Made by a program: the position numbers and the translations under genes | Shown: positions 26,539 through 40,380 of the stretch, piece after piece | How the letters are laid out: every line of letters begins with the position of its first letter | Numbering within the stretch: the first letter of the stretch is position 1 | From: Eledone cirrhosa | Taxonomy: Eukaryota | Assembly (NCBI GenBank): GCA_964016885.1 | Contig: OZ024741.1 | Span: 300,700,001-300,764,000 of the forward strand | DNA: 64,000 nucleotides | Direction: 5' to 3' | The notes under the pieces: generated by a model | The model's database searches: none | What the model was told of the DNA's origin: nothing | What the model saw: the letters and a program-made list of their open reading frames with translations, nothing else

Positions 26539-26700
26539 ATTCACACTTAACATTTAATATTCTATCATACTATTTCATTATAATACCATTATAAATTTTA
26601 AAGGATTGTAAATAAAACGAGTAAATCAGACAAAGTTGGAATTCCTCTTATTAATATAATCTTCTATACACAATCATACACACCCGTGTATATTTATCTA

Positions 26701-26780
<80 letters not shown>

Positions 26781-27762
26781 CATACTTGATACATTTGCAC
26801 ATTTATACAGAATGGTTAATTCGTGAAAATGTATAAGATGGCTCTAACTGTCTAGCTGAAAGTAGGATTTCGAGGAAATAACCAAATTAATTTCAAGCCT
26901 AAGCATCACATGTATTTGTTCGAGTCTGTTTGACATTTCTGATTTTCTTTCATTGATGTGTAGAAGGTAAATAGATTAAAGGATACCAAAGTAATTATTA
27001 CCATATTAATTGACACTCAACGTATTGATACGTCATTGTCAGGTTATATGAATTGTCTAACGGAGTAGATGAAAGGCTTGACATTCTACGTTCCAGTGCG
27101 AGTGTAATAATTATCAATCATTACTGTCTTCATGTTTTCACCTATAAACTCTCTCGTATTTTATCCTGGTTTAGAGATGAGATACAATGTTACATTATGT
27201 GAATCTACACATCTAAAATTTATTATAGATACACTATTTAAAATTTTGTTAATGGAAACTTAAAGTCCGAGATCCATAATCTACGTGATACTAGATTTCA
27301 TATCTTTCTCAAAATTGTTTATATTTCGAAACGTATTCAGGTCACTATCTTCTCGAAGAAGTGAAGTTGTTACTTGAAAATAAATCAGATTCAGTGCACC
27401 TGTACGGTAATGCTTTCGCGAATATGTCCACACAATAAAGAAAGACATTCTCCTTAAATGTCCCTTCTTTTTTAAAAAAAAGTTTCTCTCTGACCCCATT
27501 TATATTTATTTCTTCATTTACTTTAATTTTTCAATTTGATTTTGTTGTAAATATTTTCATTATTGTACATCTGTTCAGAATAAAATATTATCTGTCAAAA
27601 TGACCAGATGTTGTTTAGTTTTAATATATTTCATCTAAAGAGACACACGTCTAGTTGTAAGCAGTGACAAACCAATCTATTATTTCAATATATAATATAA
27701 TATATATACATATATACATACTTACACACACAGACACTCACACACACACACACACATGCACA

Positions 27763-27821
<59 letters not shown>

Positions 27822-28206
27822 ACATACACACATACACACATACACACACACACACACACATGTATATATATATATAATTGGTCGTTTTGGAAGCCTTAAC
27901 AATGCAGATGGGTAAATCTCCGGGTAACAGAATCAGGTGGTGAAGAGAGAGATGTAAGAGGAAATGTTGAATGAGACGTATAGTGTGTAGAGGAACGTAG
28001 GAAAGAGAGTAAAAATAATAACACGAGATAGAGTTACCTTGGAAGTGATTTAATTGTCCCTATATTTCGGATTTCGCATCCACCAACAAGGGGGTTTTCC
28101 GATGGGGAACGGTTTTAGTCGGAGAGGAACGGTACGTGGCCTCTGTATATATATATAAATTAATTGTTAGAGAATACAGTACCAAATTCTTGAACAAATA
28201 TATTTA

Positions 28207-28335
28207 TTGGTTTACAAGTGTTTCAGAAATTAGACGAAAATTCAGTTCATAAAAATAAAATTTATCAATTATATAATCGATAAGAACAGATGATAATAAA
28301 ACTGAACTAAGAACTGACCTCATCTTCAGAACCAA
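28207..28335 (-). ncRNA. Type I hammerhead with ~100-nt stem II region
   Basis: Minus strand reads ttggtt CTGAAGA ...tcagttc...gaactga... GAAA cacttG TA aaccaa, with a perfect 6-bp stem I. Confidence 0.6.
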
Positions 28336-30799
28336 AAAGAAAATAAACATAATATTCAAAAATACATGTCACTGGGGACTATAAAAAACATGAAAGACAA
28401 ACCATACCACTTATCAATCGAAGGACTGAAACATATTGCTTTTAGAAACCATAAGAAACTAAACAAACGTCGTGTCTCCCTTTCTGTTATTGCACCCCTA
28501 CCATTTAACCCTTTGAATTCTCCCTTTAGAATTTAATCGCTGCTAGCGGACAACTCAGGCAAATTACTTTTTGTTTGAAAATTTTCTCTGGCGATTTGAG
28601 ATTTTCACAGCTCATATTGAATTTTGCTCAATGAAAATGCAGTAGGGACGCTGAATAAATAGATATAGATAAATATTTCTTCATCTTATTTGCGTTTCCC
28701 AAATTAATTTGTATATATATATATATGTGGGGGGGGGGTGTATGTGTGGGTGCATGTGTGTGTGGTAAACAGAAATAGAAAAGTAAATGGCACAGTACAA
28801 TGATGAAATATATTAAATTAACGCGTGAATTAATAGGAAATGAGTCTTAACGTTTCGGACACTAGTCTGTTATCCGAAGATAACATGAGACATTTTTCCG
28901 ACATATAATACCCTACTTTACATAATATACATTTTGTATACATTTTGCGCCAAAACACAGGGAATTATTTGAAAAAACTATTTCGTTAATTCATATAACT
29001 TAATGGTATCTCACAACATCTATATTATATGATAGTTATATAAGACTGTTTTAGAATAAATGAACTTGGAACACTTTGCAAAGTAAATGAAAATAACCAC
29101 CATAGGATTAAATGAAATAATTCCTTACAATAATAAGTCTAATCTGGGAATATAAATTATCAGCTAAATATCTGTAAAATAGGGGTATTGGATATCTACC
29201 TATATTAGCTTTCATTAACCCAAATACATATATATATTAGATTTACCTGATGCACGGTCCAATGACAATTATTTTAATTTATTTTTAAAATAATTATAAC
29301 GTTTTCAGTCATTGTATAAGGCTACTTATGAATAGAAGTACAGGTGTGGGCAGAATATCGAACGTAGGTAGCAAGAATCATCAATGATATTATGGTCATG
29401 TATGTAACATTCAGTCACTGTTATATTCCCTTTTGTCTATTAAAGTAGCCTTTGTAATTTTCTTTGCTGTAAATTCTATTTTGTTTTCTCTTATTCTAGA
29501 TCTCAGAATTCACTCAAAGCAATATTTTACAATATTTATTATAGGTAAACGTAATTATATCATCATATTTCAGAATGTTATAAATACGTACTTAAAAAAA
29601 TACAAACTGTATGTTATGTATTGGTACAGTCCATATAACCCACTAAGTCATTTGCGTAATTAGGTTACTGAAATTTTCCCATGTCTTGTAGGATGCACTC
29701 CGTTTCCAATAACTCATTCCGCCTTGTTTAGTCCTGTCTAAGCTGATTGTGTATAGGATTAGTTTATGCTCAATGTAGCCAAATAATTGAAACGTTTGGA
29801 AACGAACACTATACTTACAAGTTAATCAAATTAAACGTTGTTTAAATATGATGTAGATGACCGCCTGCGTTTTTGTTTTTTTTATGTTCACAATTTTGTA
29901 GGTAAAAGATATATACAGCAAATGACAGCTACATCTAACGTGAGTGGCATGAACTCGTTGATAACATAACTTTGCATTCTTGTCGGGCCCACACATTCGG
30001 CACTGTGACATGTTGGCTTTCGAAAAGGTCAGGAAAACACACCTGCTTTTAAAGATGTTTGTCCCGGGTGTTGCCAAATTGTCCCGAATGATTTTTGACT
30101 TGAGATGTTTCCTAAATGAATTTGAGATATTTCAGCAGCTCTGTGTAGATTCCCGATATTTATTTCAGCAGTCTGATTTTTATTTTACCACATCTATTGT
30201 AATGTCATTGTCTTTGTATATGAACAACATTAACCTGATGTGATTAAAGTGTATAATCATCAATACAGACTTTAATGAAATCGTATAATAGCTGCTGCTG
30301 TGGAAAAAGAGGGCTATATGTTTTATTTTAAATATAGATACAAATATACACACCTGTCAACTTTCACCGTTGGACGGGGAGATCTCACACCCACTTCGTG
30401 GTGGGTGAGAGATATCTTCTCTTGTGAAAATGAGTATAGCTTTCATTATGTAAAATCTCATCATTTTGTTTCATTTTTCATGGTAATTCCCGTTTGGGAA
30501 TTAAGAGGTTGGTAGAGAATTAATGTCCATACCGATACATATATATTATATAAATATCCTTGTTGACTAATATATATTCCTTTGATACATTCATTTACGC
30601 AATGAATCATATCTTTTATCAATGAAAAGTACAACAGGCTATTTTAAACATGCATCTAATACCAATTCAAGAGTATCAGAAAACCTTTCCGTAAAATGCA
30701 CATGAATAGCTAGGGTCAATAACTCGAGGGAGGGCATGAGCAACCACAAACATTCAAACTAATGTACCTTTAAACAAACTGTCAAATCAGGAACATATA

Positions 30800-31275
30800 T
30801 GTATATGTATTTGAATTTCTTATTTCTAAAGAAATACGGTATGTTTATATATAAACATTTAGAAAGACGTATCTATGCTAAAGCACTAGCAGCTAACGCC
30901 ACCCAGCGGTGTCCAGCAGGAGCAAGTGGGACAATCGTTGATGAATTTCGAACAGCTATGTTTGAAGCTAAATTCTAATTCTATTCTATTATATGTTGAG
31001 CCAACTTATACAGCTTCATATACAAATGAGATTAATAACTTCATTTACACAGACGAAAAAAACTATATATTTTCAAAGTCTAAGAGCGGAAGTGATCGTC
31101 CTGACGAGAATCAATTCAGTTCGAAACGCGTCGACGATTGTCTCCCTTACTGCTGCTGGACACCGCTAGGTGGCGTTAGCTGCTAGTATTGATACACAGC
31201 GTATTTTTTTAGAAATATGAAATTCAAGTACATATTTCTATACAGCTATGTTCAAAGCTAAATTCTAATTCTATT
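30800..31275 (+). mobile_element. 290-bp hammerhead unit with partial tandem repeat and inverted 5' arm
   Basis: 30952-30985 recurs at 31242-31275. 30885-30953 is inverted to 31119-31187, and 30803-30838 is inverted to 31200-31236. Confidence 0.85.
31092..31141 (+). ncRNA. Type I minimal hammerhead ribozyme, intact consensus
   Basis: gtgatcgtc CTGACGA gaat caattca gttc GAAA cgcg TC gacgattgt, with a GUC triplet and palindromic ACGCGT. Confidence 0.9.
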
Positions 31276-31575
31276 ATATATATATATATGTTTTCTCTTT
31301 TCTTCTCTTTTCCCTTTTATTTTCCTTCCCTTCTATTTTCCTTCCCTCCCTGATCCGTTTTCCCAATAACTTACACAATCATTGAACGCTGTGGGCGGTT
31401 TGTGGGCGGTAGATATCTTGTCTTTAAAGTGTGAAAATATCCAAGACCCCAGTAGACAACTGATGATGAAAGCCCCCCCCCCCCCACGTTCTTGCTTTCT
31501 TCTTATTCTCACTCCATTTTAAACTACCTTAACTACCAACTATTCTCCATATATATATATATATATATATATATA

Positions 31576-32330
31576 CTAGTAGAATGGCCCGGCGTTGCCC
31601 GGGCTTCTAAACATAGATTGGCATGTTTATCCCTCCTTTCTGAAAAAGTACAGAGAAGTACGGAATACCCCGGCCTGGGGATGGTGTCTACATTGTGTGC
31701 TAATAAAAATAATTCGTCGTAGATTACCAGGGGTTTAAATTAATTGGGTGCCTGAGAGTAAAATGTTCAACCCACGAAAGCCAAGACGATAGGGTTAAGT
31801 CAAAAGGCATTCGACAAACCAAGCATGTATTTGTTGTGCTATAGTACAATAAAAGTTACAGAGCAGTAAGCATGTGGGACTGCAGTGGTGGATAGCATGA
31901 ACCAATTTAGTTGGATACGTTTACGGTTACAAAAATCTACCCAATCTGTTATAGACCGGACTGTTATATCGGATGCCGAACGCTTCGGAGTTACTATCGG
32001 GGTCACCATCAACAATTTCAAGGGATGTACGTTTAAGTAGGGATAATATAGTCTATAAAGAGAGGTAACTCTTTCAAAATACTAATGAGGTGTCTCTCTT
32101 GAACATTGAAAACAAAATTACCGCACTGACAAATACGGCTTAAGGTTTTAGTGAAAAAAACGACTTTGACAACAGAGAATTTAAAAATAAAAGCTGCAGT
32201 GAATATCTTTAGACCGCAAGGAACATATAAATGCAAGTTTGAAGTCAATCAGAGTAGAAATGTGGATTTGTATAGACTTTCCAAAATTAGGACACACACA
32301 CAGACAATTTCAGTTTTATATATATATATA
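31576..32330 (-). mobile_element. Non-autonomous Helitron
   Basis: The minus-strand 3' end has a GC hairpin (gcccgg-gcaacg-ccgggc, 31587-31604), then CTAG, then T. The 5' end runs into (TA)n followed by aaaactgaaattgtc(tg)n; a terminal TC is not seen. Confidence 0.75.
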
Positions 32331-32448
32331 TATAATTTCATATGCCTCTAGATAACGAAATTATGTACACAAACAGAAATATACCCAAACACAAAGATAT
32401 ATATACACATACAATACGCGCATGAATTGAGTATGTGTGTGTGTCTGT

Positions 32449-32529
<81 letters not shown>

Positions 32530-32919
32530 TCAAATGCCAAGTTTCATCAGCATAAAAGTAGTTGAGCCAACTAGTTTAGAGCGTCTCGGTCTTCCATTCT
32601 GAACGAAGTTATTTTTATCCTCATTCCGTTTGTGACTGGACGAATTTATAAACAAATACAAGTCAGCCTGTCCTCACAAATAAAAAAAGGGATATGTAGA
32701 ATTGCATTGCTGAATATTACCTTTATTATTGAAAATATATAATTCCGGGTAATACGTAAGTCAAAGGAATTTTGTTATCTCTACCCCTCGAGTGTCAGCG
32801 TTGATGTTCACCTATTGGAAATTATTAGTATTGTTGATTTATATTTTATTCTATTGTTGCTTATTTATTTGAGAATAAAAAAATCATGTGACTAAAGTTG
32901 TTACAGATGATATTACTGA

Positions 32920-33236
32920 TAAGAGAAATGTTGCACAAAGCTTCACTACCGACCATTGGGTCTGATACTGTTACATATGATAGTGCTGTTGAGAGAAGTG
33001 TTAAAATAAGCTTCACTACCGACCATTGGGTCCTATACTCTTACATATGATAGTGCTGTTGAGAGAAGTGTTAAACTAAGCTTCACTACCAACCATTAGG
33101 TCTGATACTCTTACATACATTAGTGCTGTTGACAGATGTGTTGCACAAAGCTTCACTACTGACTATTGGATGTGTAATGTTACATATGATAGTGCTGTTA
33201 AGAGAAGTGTTAAACTAAGCTTTACTACCGACCATT
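32920..33236. repeat. 70-bp minisatellite, ~4.5 copies
   Basis: aagcttcactaccgaccatt... recurs at about 32938, 33008, 33078, 33148 and 33218. Confidence 0.95.
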
Positions 33237-34202
33237 AACCATTCGCTCGGATTATATTTGTATTGATCAGGAATTGTGTATTAATATTCGTAAAGCCTCA
33301 ATTGATAATCGAATTTTTGTAGAATTATTATATAGAATTGTGCGGATAGTAATGAAATATTATCAACTCGTTATCCTGTATTATAGTCGCAATTTTCTTC
33401 TTGTCGTATGAAGTATGCTCAATAGTTAGAGACGCATGTAGAAACCGTCAAGCCAGACAAAGGCATCATTTGCAACATTATGGATTGCCTCGAGGCCACC
33501 GGGAATGTGTCTAAGTGGGCGTCCCGAACAACTTTTAGTACCGTCTGGTTATGACCCCCACAGTTACATGCTTGTCTGCCTTTCATTTTCCATTCGTCGC
33601 AATGGGTCATTGTTTTAAACACGTGGGTGGCATACACTAAGATAATTTTACTGCATATACTAAGGTACGTTTTAATAGTTTAGCTAAATGTTGCATTCCT
33701 CACCGAACTATAAAACTCATTAAGTTATGAGAAATCCTTTAACAAATTAATTGACTAAGTGTTTGAGGGATACACACTATTCACAAAGAAGGAAGAATTA
33801 CTAAATTTCGAAAACAAAACACACAAAACAATATCAAATGCAAATTAAACATCTTGTTCTATAAATCATTACAGGCGAGGTGTACTGAATATTTTAGTGA
33901 GATCGAAAAGAGGCAATCGGCTTATCAGTAATAGTATATAATTTGTTATCTTTGAATTTGGTATTTTGTTCAGTTGAAATAAGTCATATATGTTACACAA
34001 ATAATATCTTTATCCTAGTTTTAATTTCATACTAATTTATCAAGGTATAGAGCAGGGCTAGTTGATATAGAGTATTATAATACTAAGAAAAATTATGCAT
34101 TATAAATTGTACAATGCTATTTTTATTATAAGATCAATCCTGGTTCAACTCGAACCGGAACAACAGATCGATTCACCAACAATATAATTTCTTTGTAGAA
34201 TA

Positions 34203-34547
34203 AATGTTTCTATATTTGGCGCAAGTCCAGCAATTTGAAAGGAAGGGGAAAGTCGTTTAAATTGACCTCATATCATAAAGGCTCTTAACTCTATGCTACA
34301 CAACATGGTGTCCGACGCTCTACAGATACTGCTAATCCACCGCCCTTCAAAAACTAACAATTTTGGAGGAGGGCAAAATCGATTAAATCAACCGCAATGA
34401 ATTACTGCTACTATGTATCATCAACCCATTAAAGATGAATGACAAAGCTAACCTCGGCGGAACTTGAACTCAGAACATAAAGGACCGTAACTATATGCTT
34501 TAAAGCATGTCGTCCGACGCTCTACCGTTATTTCCAATCCCCCGCCT
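34203..34547 (-). mobile_element. Two adjacent diverged SINE family A copies
   Basis: Family A body (aaagctaacctcggcggaacttgaactcag; tccgacgctctac) occurs twice. Confidence 0.75.
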
Positions 34548-34559
34548 TTATAATACTAA

Positions 34560-34790
34560 TAATAATATTTTATTGGCCACAAGGGCCTACATATAGGGAG
34601 CTATACTATAGACAAGGGCAGTAGGTGGTTTACAAGAAAATCGAGTAAAAACAAATAAAGAAATAACAATAAACAAAGAATTACCACAATGAAAATTGAC
34701 CAATAGTGAGTAAGAACCCCCACCAGGGACAACTCAGGAACCCCACCAATTTTGAATCACCCGGCACTCCAAGAGCGTACAAAGAGGGTG
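34560..34790 (-). mobile_element. L1-Tx1 3' end fragment
   Basis: Minus strand cccttgtggccaataaa resembles cccttgtggttaataaa at ~52721 and is followed by an ATT-rich tail. Confidence 0.6.
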
Positions 34791-34886
34791 CCCCACTCCT
34801 CCCCAAATCAGCGAGCCTACAGGCTGATTCTTTTCAAAGTATGTATCAATACTTCACATATTTCTCTCCATCTACTCTCGCAGAAA

Positions 34887-35220
34887 AGGCATAGCCTAGC
34901 TAAATGGTTAACAAGTTCATCTTGCAGCCATTAAGTCCCGGTTTGCTCTCACTCTCTGGTATCTTGAGCAAATCTCATCCATGCCAGGTGAATGAAATTG
35001 GGGAAACTCTTTGGTAGCCCGTCAGTTTCACTATACCTGCAATTCCAAGGGTCAGTCATATCAAAAGCCGTCACCACAAAGCGCACAAGGAATTATGTGA
35101 AGGTTATCATGTGACCGTGGAATGCTCAGTCATTACCCATTAATTTAATGAACATCTATTCTGTTCATCATTGAACAACTTGAACAGAAAGGTTGAAATC
35201 GACGGATTTTCATTCCACTT
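34887..35220 (+). mobile_element. SINE family B (diverged)
   Basis: Similar to 17978-18310. Confidence 0.55.
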
Positions 35221-35311
35221 TTACAAATAATTGCTAAATATCAATATATTTCAATAGGTTATATTGTTATATTTCGTAATATATCAAACATGAAGAACTG
35301 TAATAATATTT

Positions 35312-35505
35312 TATAATTTAGCCACAAGGCCAGCGATTTGGGTGAGTGGTGTACGTCCATTACACCGATCCTTGAGTGAGACTTTATTTTACGACATCTG
35401 AAGGATGGTAAGTAAAGTTGATCTCGACAGGAATTGAACTGAGAACGTAGAGCGTCGTAATTAAATACCGTAAAGCATTTTGACCCACACTTTACCGATA
35501 CTGCT
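35312..35505 (-). mobile_element. Old SINE, family A-related
   Basis: cacaaggccagc...aaagttgatctcgacaggaattgaactgagaacgta. Confidence 0.65.
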
Positions 35506-36945
35506 CATAAACAATCCTTTTGTTGGATTTGTTGGTTTCCTATTCATTATTAATTGTTTTATTCATGAGATGTTTCCTATTTCTACTGTATATTCGTATA
35601 TTCTTTTTAATATTTACGTACGAGTCATTGTGTTCTAATGCACATATTTTGTATATGTAATATTCATTTAAGGAAAAGCTATCTATTAACATTGGCATTG
35701 GATATATATTCAACAATTTATTCTTAAGTGCATTCATACTTTATATATTTAAAATGCTGCATAATTTTGTAACCTATTATCAATGAATCGTTTTGCATAT
35801 TTAAGATAGTAGTATATTTCTACACAACAATATTCCTAACATGTGACATATTTTAGAAGATTGTAAATAGCTTTTTTTCGCACATTTCTCTTTTTTATGG
35901 AATGATCTATAGATCATCCAATACTCATGACAATACTAAATAATGTTGACGTTACATAACCGCTATTAAAATGTTTTCTGTAATACATTAGACAGAAATT
36001 TTGCATGAATATATTTGATACTATTCTATCCTTAGTTTTCATACATGAAGAATTCCGTTCGAATTTCTATGCGAGAGACTCTGTTTCCACATTTGTAATT
36101 CAAACTCTGTGGGAAGACAGACACTATTGATTGGAAAGTTTTACTAAATTGTTAATATCAATAAAGCAATTAATATTTCGAACAAATAATCTATTTGACT
36201 GTTCTAAATTGAAATAATTATCTCTTTTCATATATATGAGGCTGAATGAAATAGATTTACGTTCTTATTTTTCTATTACCTTAACGCAAATCTGCAGAGC
36301 TTGAAAAGCATGGTGGAGAGTATTACTTCAACATTCATCAGAATGCTTGGGTGATGACAATTTGCTGTAATATTATGACGCAGAAAAATGTGTAACAGAG
36401 GAGTACTGATTATAAATCTGAAATGCTGCAGCTGCATACTACATAAACACTTTCAACATTATCCAAACATTATCTGACATAGAAGCACGTTTCCATTCAC
36501 ACACATGCTACCATACATATTATAGTTATTTAGCCCAATGTCCGTAAGAGCAATGGTCAACTACTCCTATGCACGATACACACACTCGTTGTGATTATAC
36601 ATTTAATTCTATTTTCAGATATATTTATATAGGAGCGCCTAATTAAATATGCACATTTATCAAAAGAATATGCTCCCATTTCAGATAGATTTTTGCAGTT
36701 AGTTTGTGCCGATTCAATGGCTACGCAGACCATTTATATCAAGTTTGGCCGATAAGTGCACATCAAGCACTGATCCAAAACGTTATAAAGGGAGTTGTTA
36801 ATAAAATATTGCAATAGCTTCGTATACACCAACATTAAAGATAGTTCTGTTAGAAAGCTAATTTAGCTCATTAAACTTTATATCTAAACTCGTATGTGAA
36901 CATTCCTTTTTGCATCCTCCTCATAGTTTACGTTTTATAAAGTTT

Positions 36946-37734
36946 TTTAAATATACCGACATGTAACTATTACAACCAGGGACGTTTCTCATCCATTTCA
37001 GTGAAGTTATAGAAAATACGGAGAAAATAGCTCTATAAGTAGCTTAAATGTTTGTTTACATTTAAACGATGATTCAATTGAAATTATTCATTGATATGCA
37101 GTTCATTGCAGTGAATTATAGTATGTATGAGATGTATTCAAATTCAAATGATTGCGTCTAAACATTTATTATTTGTGTTTTTCGTACACACAATTACAAA
37201 AAGAAAACATCCTTTCAACAATAACTGTTGAATTTATCAGACATATTTGTCAATCGATTTAAATATTTGTGATGTTATATTCGAAGACAAAAGTTTCTTA
37301 GTGAGACAATATGCCACATACGTCATCATAATCAAAGTCAAAGCATATTTCGTAATTCATATCTTATTCCTTGAATATGTTCAACAATGTATAAAAGAGA
37401 CGACACTGTATTTAGTGAAATAGAAATTAAACCTAAATTAAATTTCACGACGGCATCATCATCATCTCCATATGATACCCTGACCAATATAAGTATATGC
37501 TCCTTACTTACTATACGCGCTGATTTTCTTCAATAAGCAGCGCAGTTATTTCTTTGTTAGCATTTCCTCAAATTTGCTAGGAGAGATGAACTCATCATAT
37601 ATTTCCTTATATGAGTGTACTTAGAAATAATTTTAAGCTACTTACAGAGCTATTTTCCCCGTATTTTCTATAACTTCACTGAAATGGATGAGAATCGTCC
37701 CTGGTTGTAATAGTTACATGTCGGTATATTTAAA
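36946..37734. repeat. 103-bp inverted repeats around a 583-bp spacer
   Basis: 36946-37048 versus 37632-37734, with ~3 mismatches. Confidence 0.9.
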
Positions 37735-39600
37735 TACTACAGCTAACATATTTACAAATTTTCGTAAATTCATCTGAGTCAGAAAATATGTTGGTCATAA
37801 ATAAACATATTTGCGCTTATATACGGTTTCAAACTGAGCAAAGCTCCCTACGTCACATTTTAATATGCAAAGGCAGCGTTATGGTATGTCACTTCAATCT
37901 CTAAATCTTGAAACCTATGAGCGCAGAAAATTGTAATAACATTGTTTTTATGTCACAAACTAAATAATGAACGAGTGCTTCGATAACCAAATATATAAAA
38001 TTTCATTTCTCAAGCTGAGCCGACGCTGATATAGGTTTTTGTAAGAAAATATGTTCTAGTACAACCCCAGGGTAAATGTCGGTATATATAAACGGTTTAT
38101 GTATCTGTTGGATTCATAGTGCATGTCATGCAAACAACCAGTCATATCTAAGATATGAAAATGGTCTTGAAATTCCTGTTATAAAGAAAGGATTCTGCGA
38201 AATTATCAGTAATGTACTTTAATGATGAGTTCATCCATTTCATTTACGAAGTCAAATTACGCAACATGTAATTATACAGTACAGACATTTACATTAATTT
38301 GTATATAATATAATGCCAATAGAAGAGTAGCAAGCAATAGGATTGGAATCGTTCAATGAGCGAAATATTCCAACAAAGAAAAAAAATCAAATCAGTTATC
38401 AAACAGCAAAAGAAAAGATAATTGTGAAGTCTTCGACATAAAATTCACTTTGATTATGCATAAATTTGAATAATTAAATTAAAGGTGGGGTATTGTGTGC
38501 CATATTCAATGGATTCTTAATTTATTAAAATGTTTCTTTTGGGTTGAACCGAAATTAAGAACACATCATTTCCATATCAATTAAAGTCAGGAAAATTCAC
38601 CTTAGGTACATGTTTTCATTCATTTTCAAAAAAGATATTTCAATAAATTTATGTTCTTCTTATTCCGTACAGCCCACGCAACGTCTTTACAAAATTCATA
38701 ATATTCTAACACAAACTCGAGGTCAAATTTACCGTTCATTCATTTGAGGTACGTACAAAGATTTTCTATCCTTCTCTAGAAGAAATCTGCCGGGAAGGCC
38801 TCTATCAAGTTTTTAAATGCCCTAGAAACGCCATATATCAATATGGCAACCTTACGACTCCCTCGGTGAGTTGTGGGAACATGTATGTGGGAACAACTCA
38901 GTAAGTTTCTCTTAGTTTTAATTTTAATTGTGTAAACTAACCTTGTCTCCCAAATATTTACTGACGAATTTTGTTCATGTATCATCAATAATTTGTCATT
39001 AACCTCTGGTGGAACTCCATAGAGCATATCCAGGTATAGTCCATGTTTTCCAGGTTTAAAAATAACTGATTTCTTTCAGGGTAAATGGGGAAAGATATAT
39101 AGAGAAGATAGGATAAAACAGAATACATTGAACAAAAGGATAACTGGATACTACGACACATTAGTACTTATATATCAACCAGGAATGATGGAAAGGCATA
39201 GTTAACCTCGTTGTTATTTGAACATAAATCAAAGATTATCTAAATAGATATGATAAATCATTCCCTCCCACGCCTTGACTACCGATTCACAGCTTTTGTA
39301 TATTTATTAATTATCACTTAACTTAGCACTACATGAAGCTGTTGAGATCAACATCGATCTAACGTGAGTTACTTCCCTCTTGAGAATATCTTCTGCACAT
39401 GTCTATTTGTACAATCGTTTTCCATTTCTGTATTATCTCATTTAATCCGTGCTGATGATCCGTTTGAGGTGAAACAAATTGTTCTCGGATATGGTGTATT
39501 AACTGCTGTGCAACTACTTCTGCCAAACTCGTTTCAGGGACAAAGTGTTCTACTAGTGCGGATATAACCCCCCAGTGTGCTACCACTATATATATATATA

Positions 39601-39634
<34 letters not shown>

Positions 39635-39649
39635 AGTGTGTGTGTGTGT

Positions 39650-39705
<56 letters not shown>

Positions 39706-39711
39706 TGTGTG

Positions 39712-39743
<32 letters not shown>

Positions 39744-40191
39744 CGTTTGCGTGTGTATTGATTAATGTTGAAACCTTTATACTCATTACCATTTCTCTCT
39801 CTCCCCCTCACACACACACACACATACACACACACACGTACACATAACATGGCATACGTGTTTAAAATAAGCTACGACTTTAATTCAGTTTTACAATACC
39901 ATGTTTCTCTTTCTATTCATAGGGCTTCCGGGTTTATTCTGCTGGTGGATAAAGTATACCTTATTCTTAAAGACACTTTTCTAAGGCCTTATTATAATTG
40001 TATGAATGTTCTGTAGAGATAAACGCATTGAAATGTTTGAAAATCTCAATGTCATTAGATGTATGTAGCAAACACCATTAGTCAAGATGAAATTAATTTC
40101 TGGAATAATCCATGACATCATAGATTGTCTCGAAGGTTTCGATTAATCCATGGTCTTCAAACTTTCGTAAACACCTCTAGAGAGATAATAT

Positions 40192-40380
40192 AATTGTTTC
40201 TACTTTATGCACAAGGTCAGCAATATTGGATGGAAGGGAAAAGTCGATTAAATCGATCCCTGTGCATTATTGGTGCTTTAGTTATCGACCACGTAAAGAT
40301 GAAAGGCACAGCTAATCTCGGCGGTATTTGAAATCAGAACGTAAAGAGCGATAACTGTATGCTGCAAAACATAGTGTCTG
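40192..40380 (-). mobile_element. SINE family A
   Basis: gttatcgaccacgtaaagatgaaaggcacagctaatctcggcggtatttgaaatcag. Confidence 0.8.

Larger units (their letters stand above)
26079..26658. mobile_element. Foldback with a hammerhead in each arm; SINE inserted in left arm
   Basis: Centre at ~26470. Arms match once the SINE and one TSD copy are removed. Confidence 0.9.

Noticed and set aside
28055-28890. Further GAAA/stem II-like remnants (~28060-28090 and ~28843-28880, minus strand)
   Set aside because: The CUGANGA box is too degenerate.
32920-33236. 70-bp repeats as a CRISPR array or ribozyme array
   Set aside because: Whole units repeat with no unique spacers, there are no cas genes, and there is no hammerhead core. 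It is an ordinary minisatellite.
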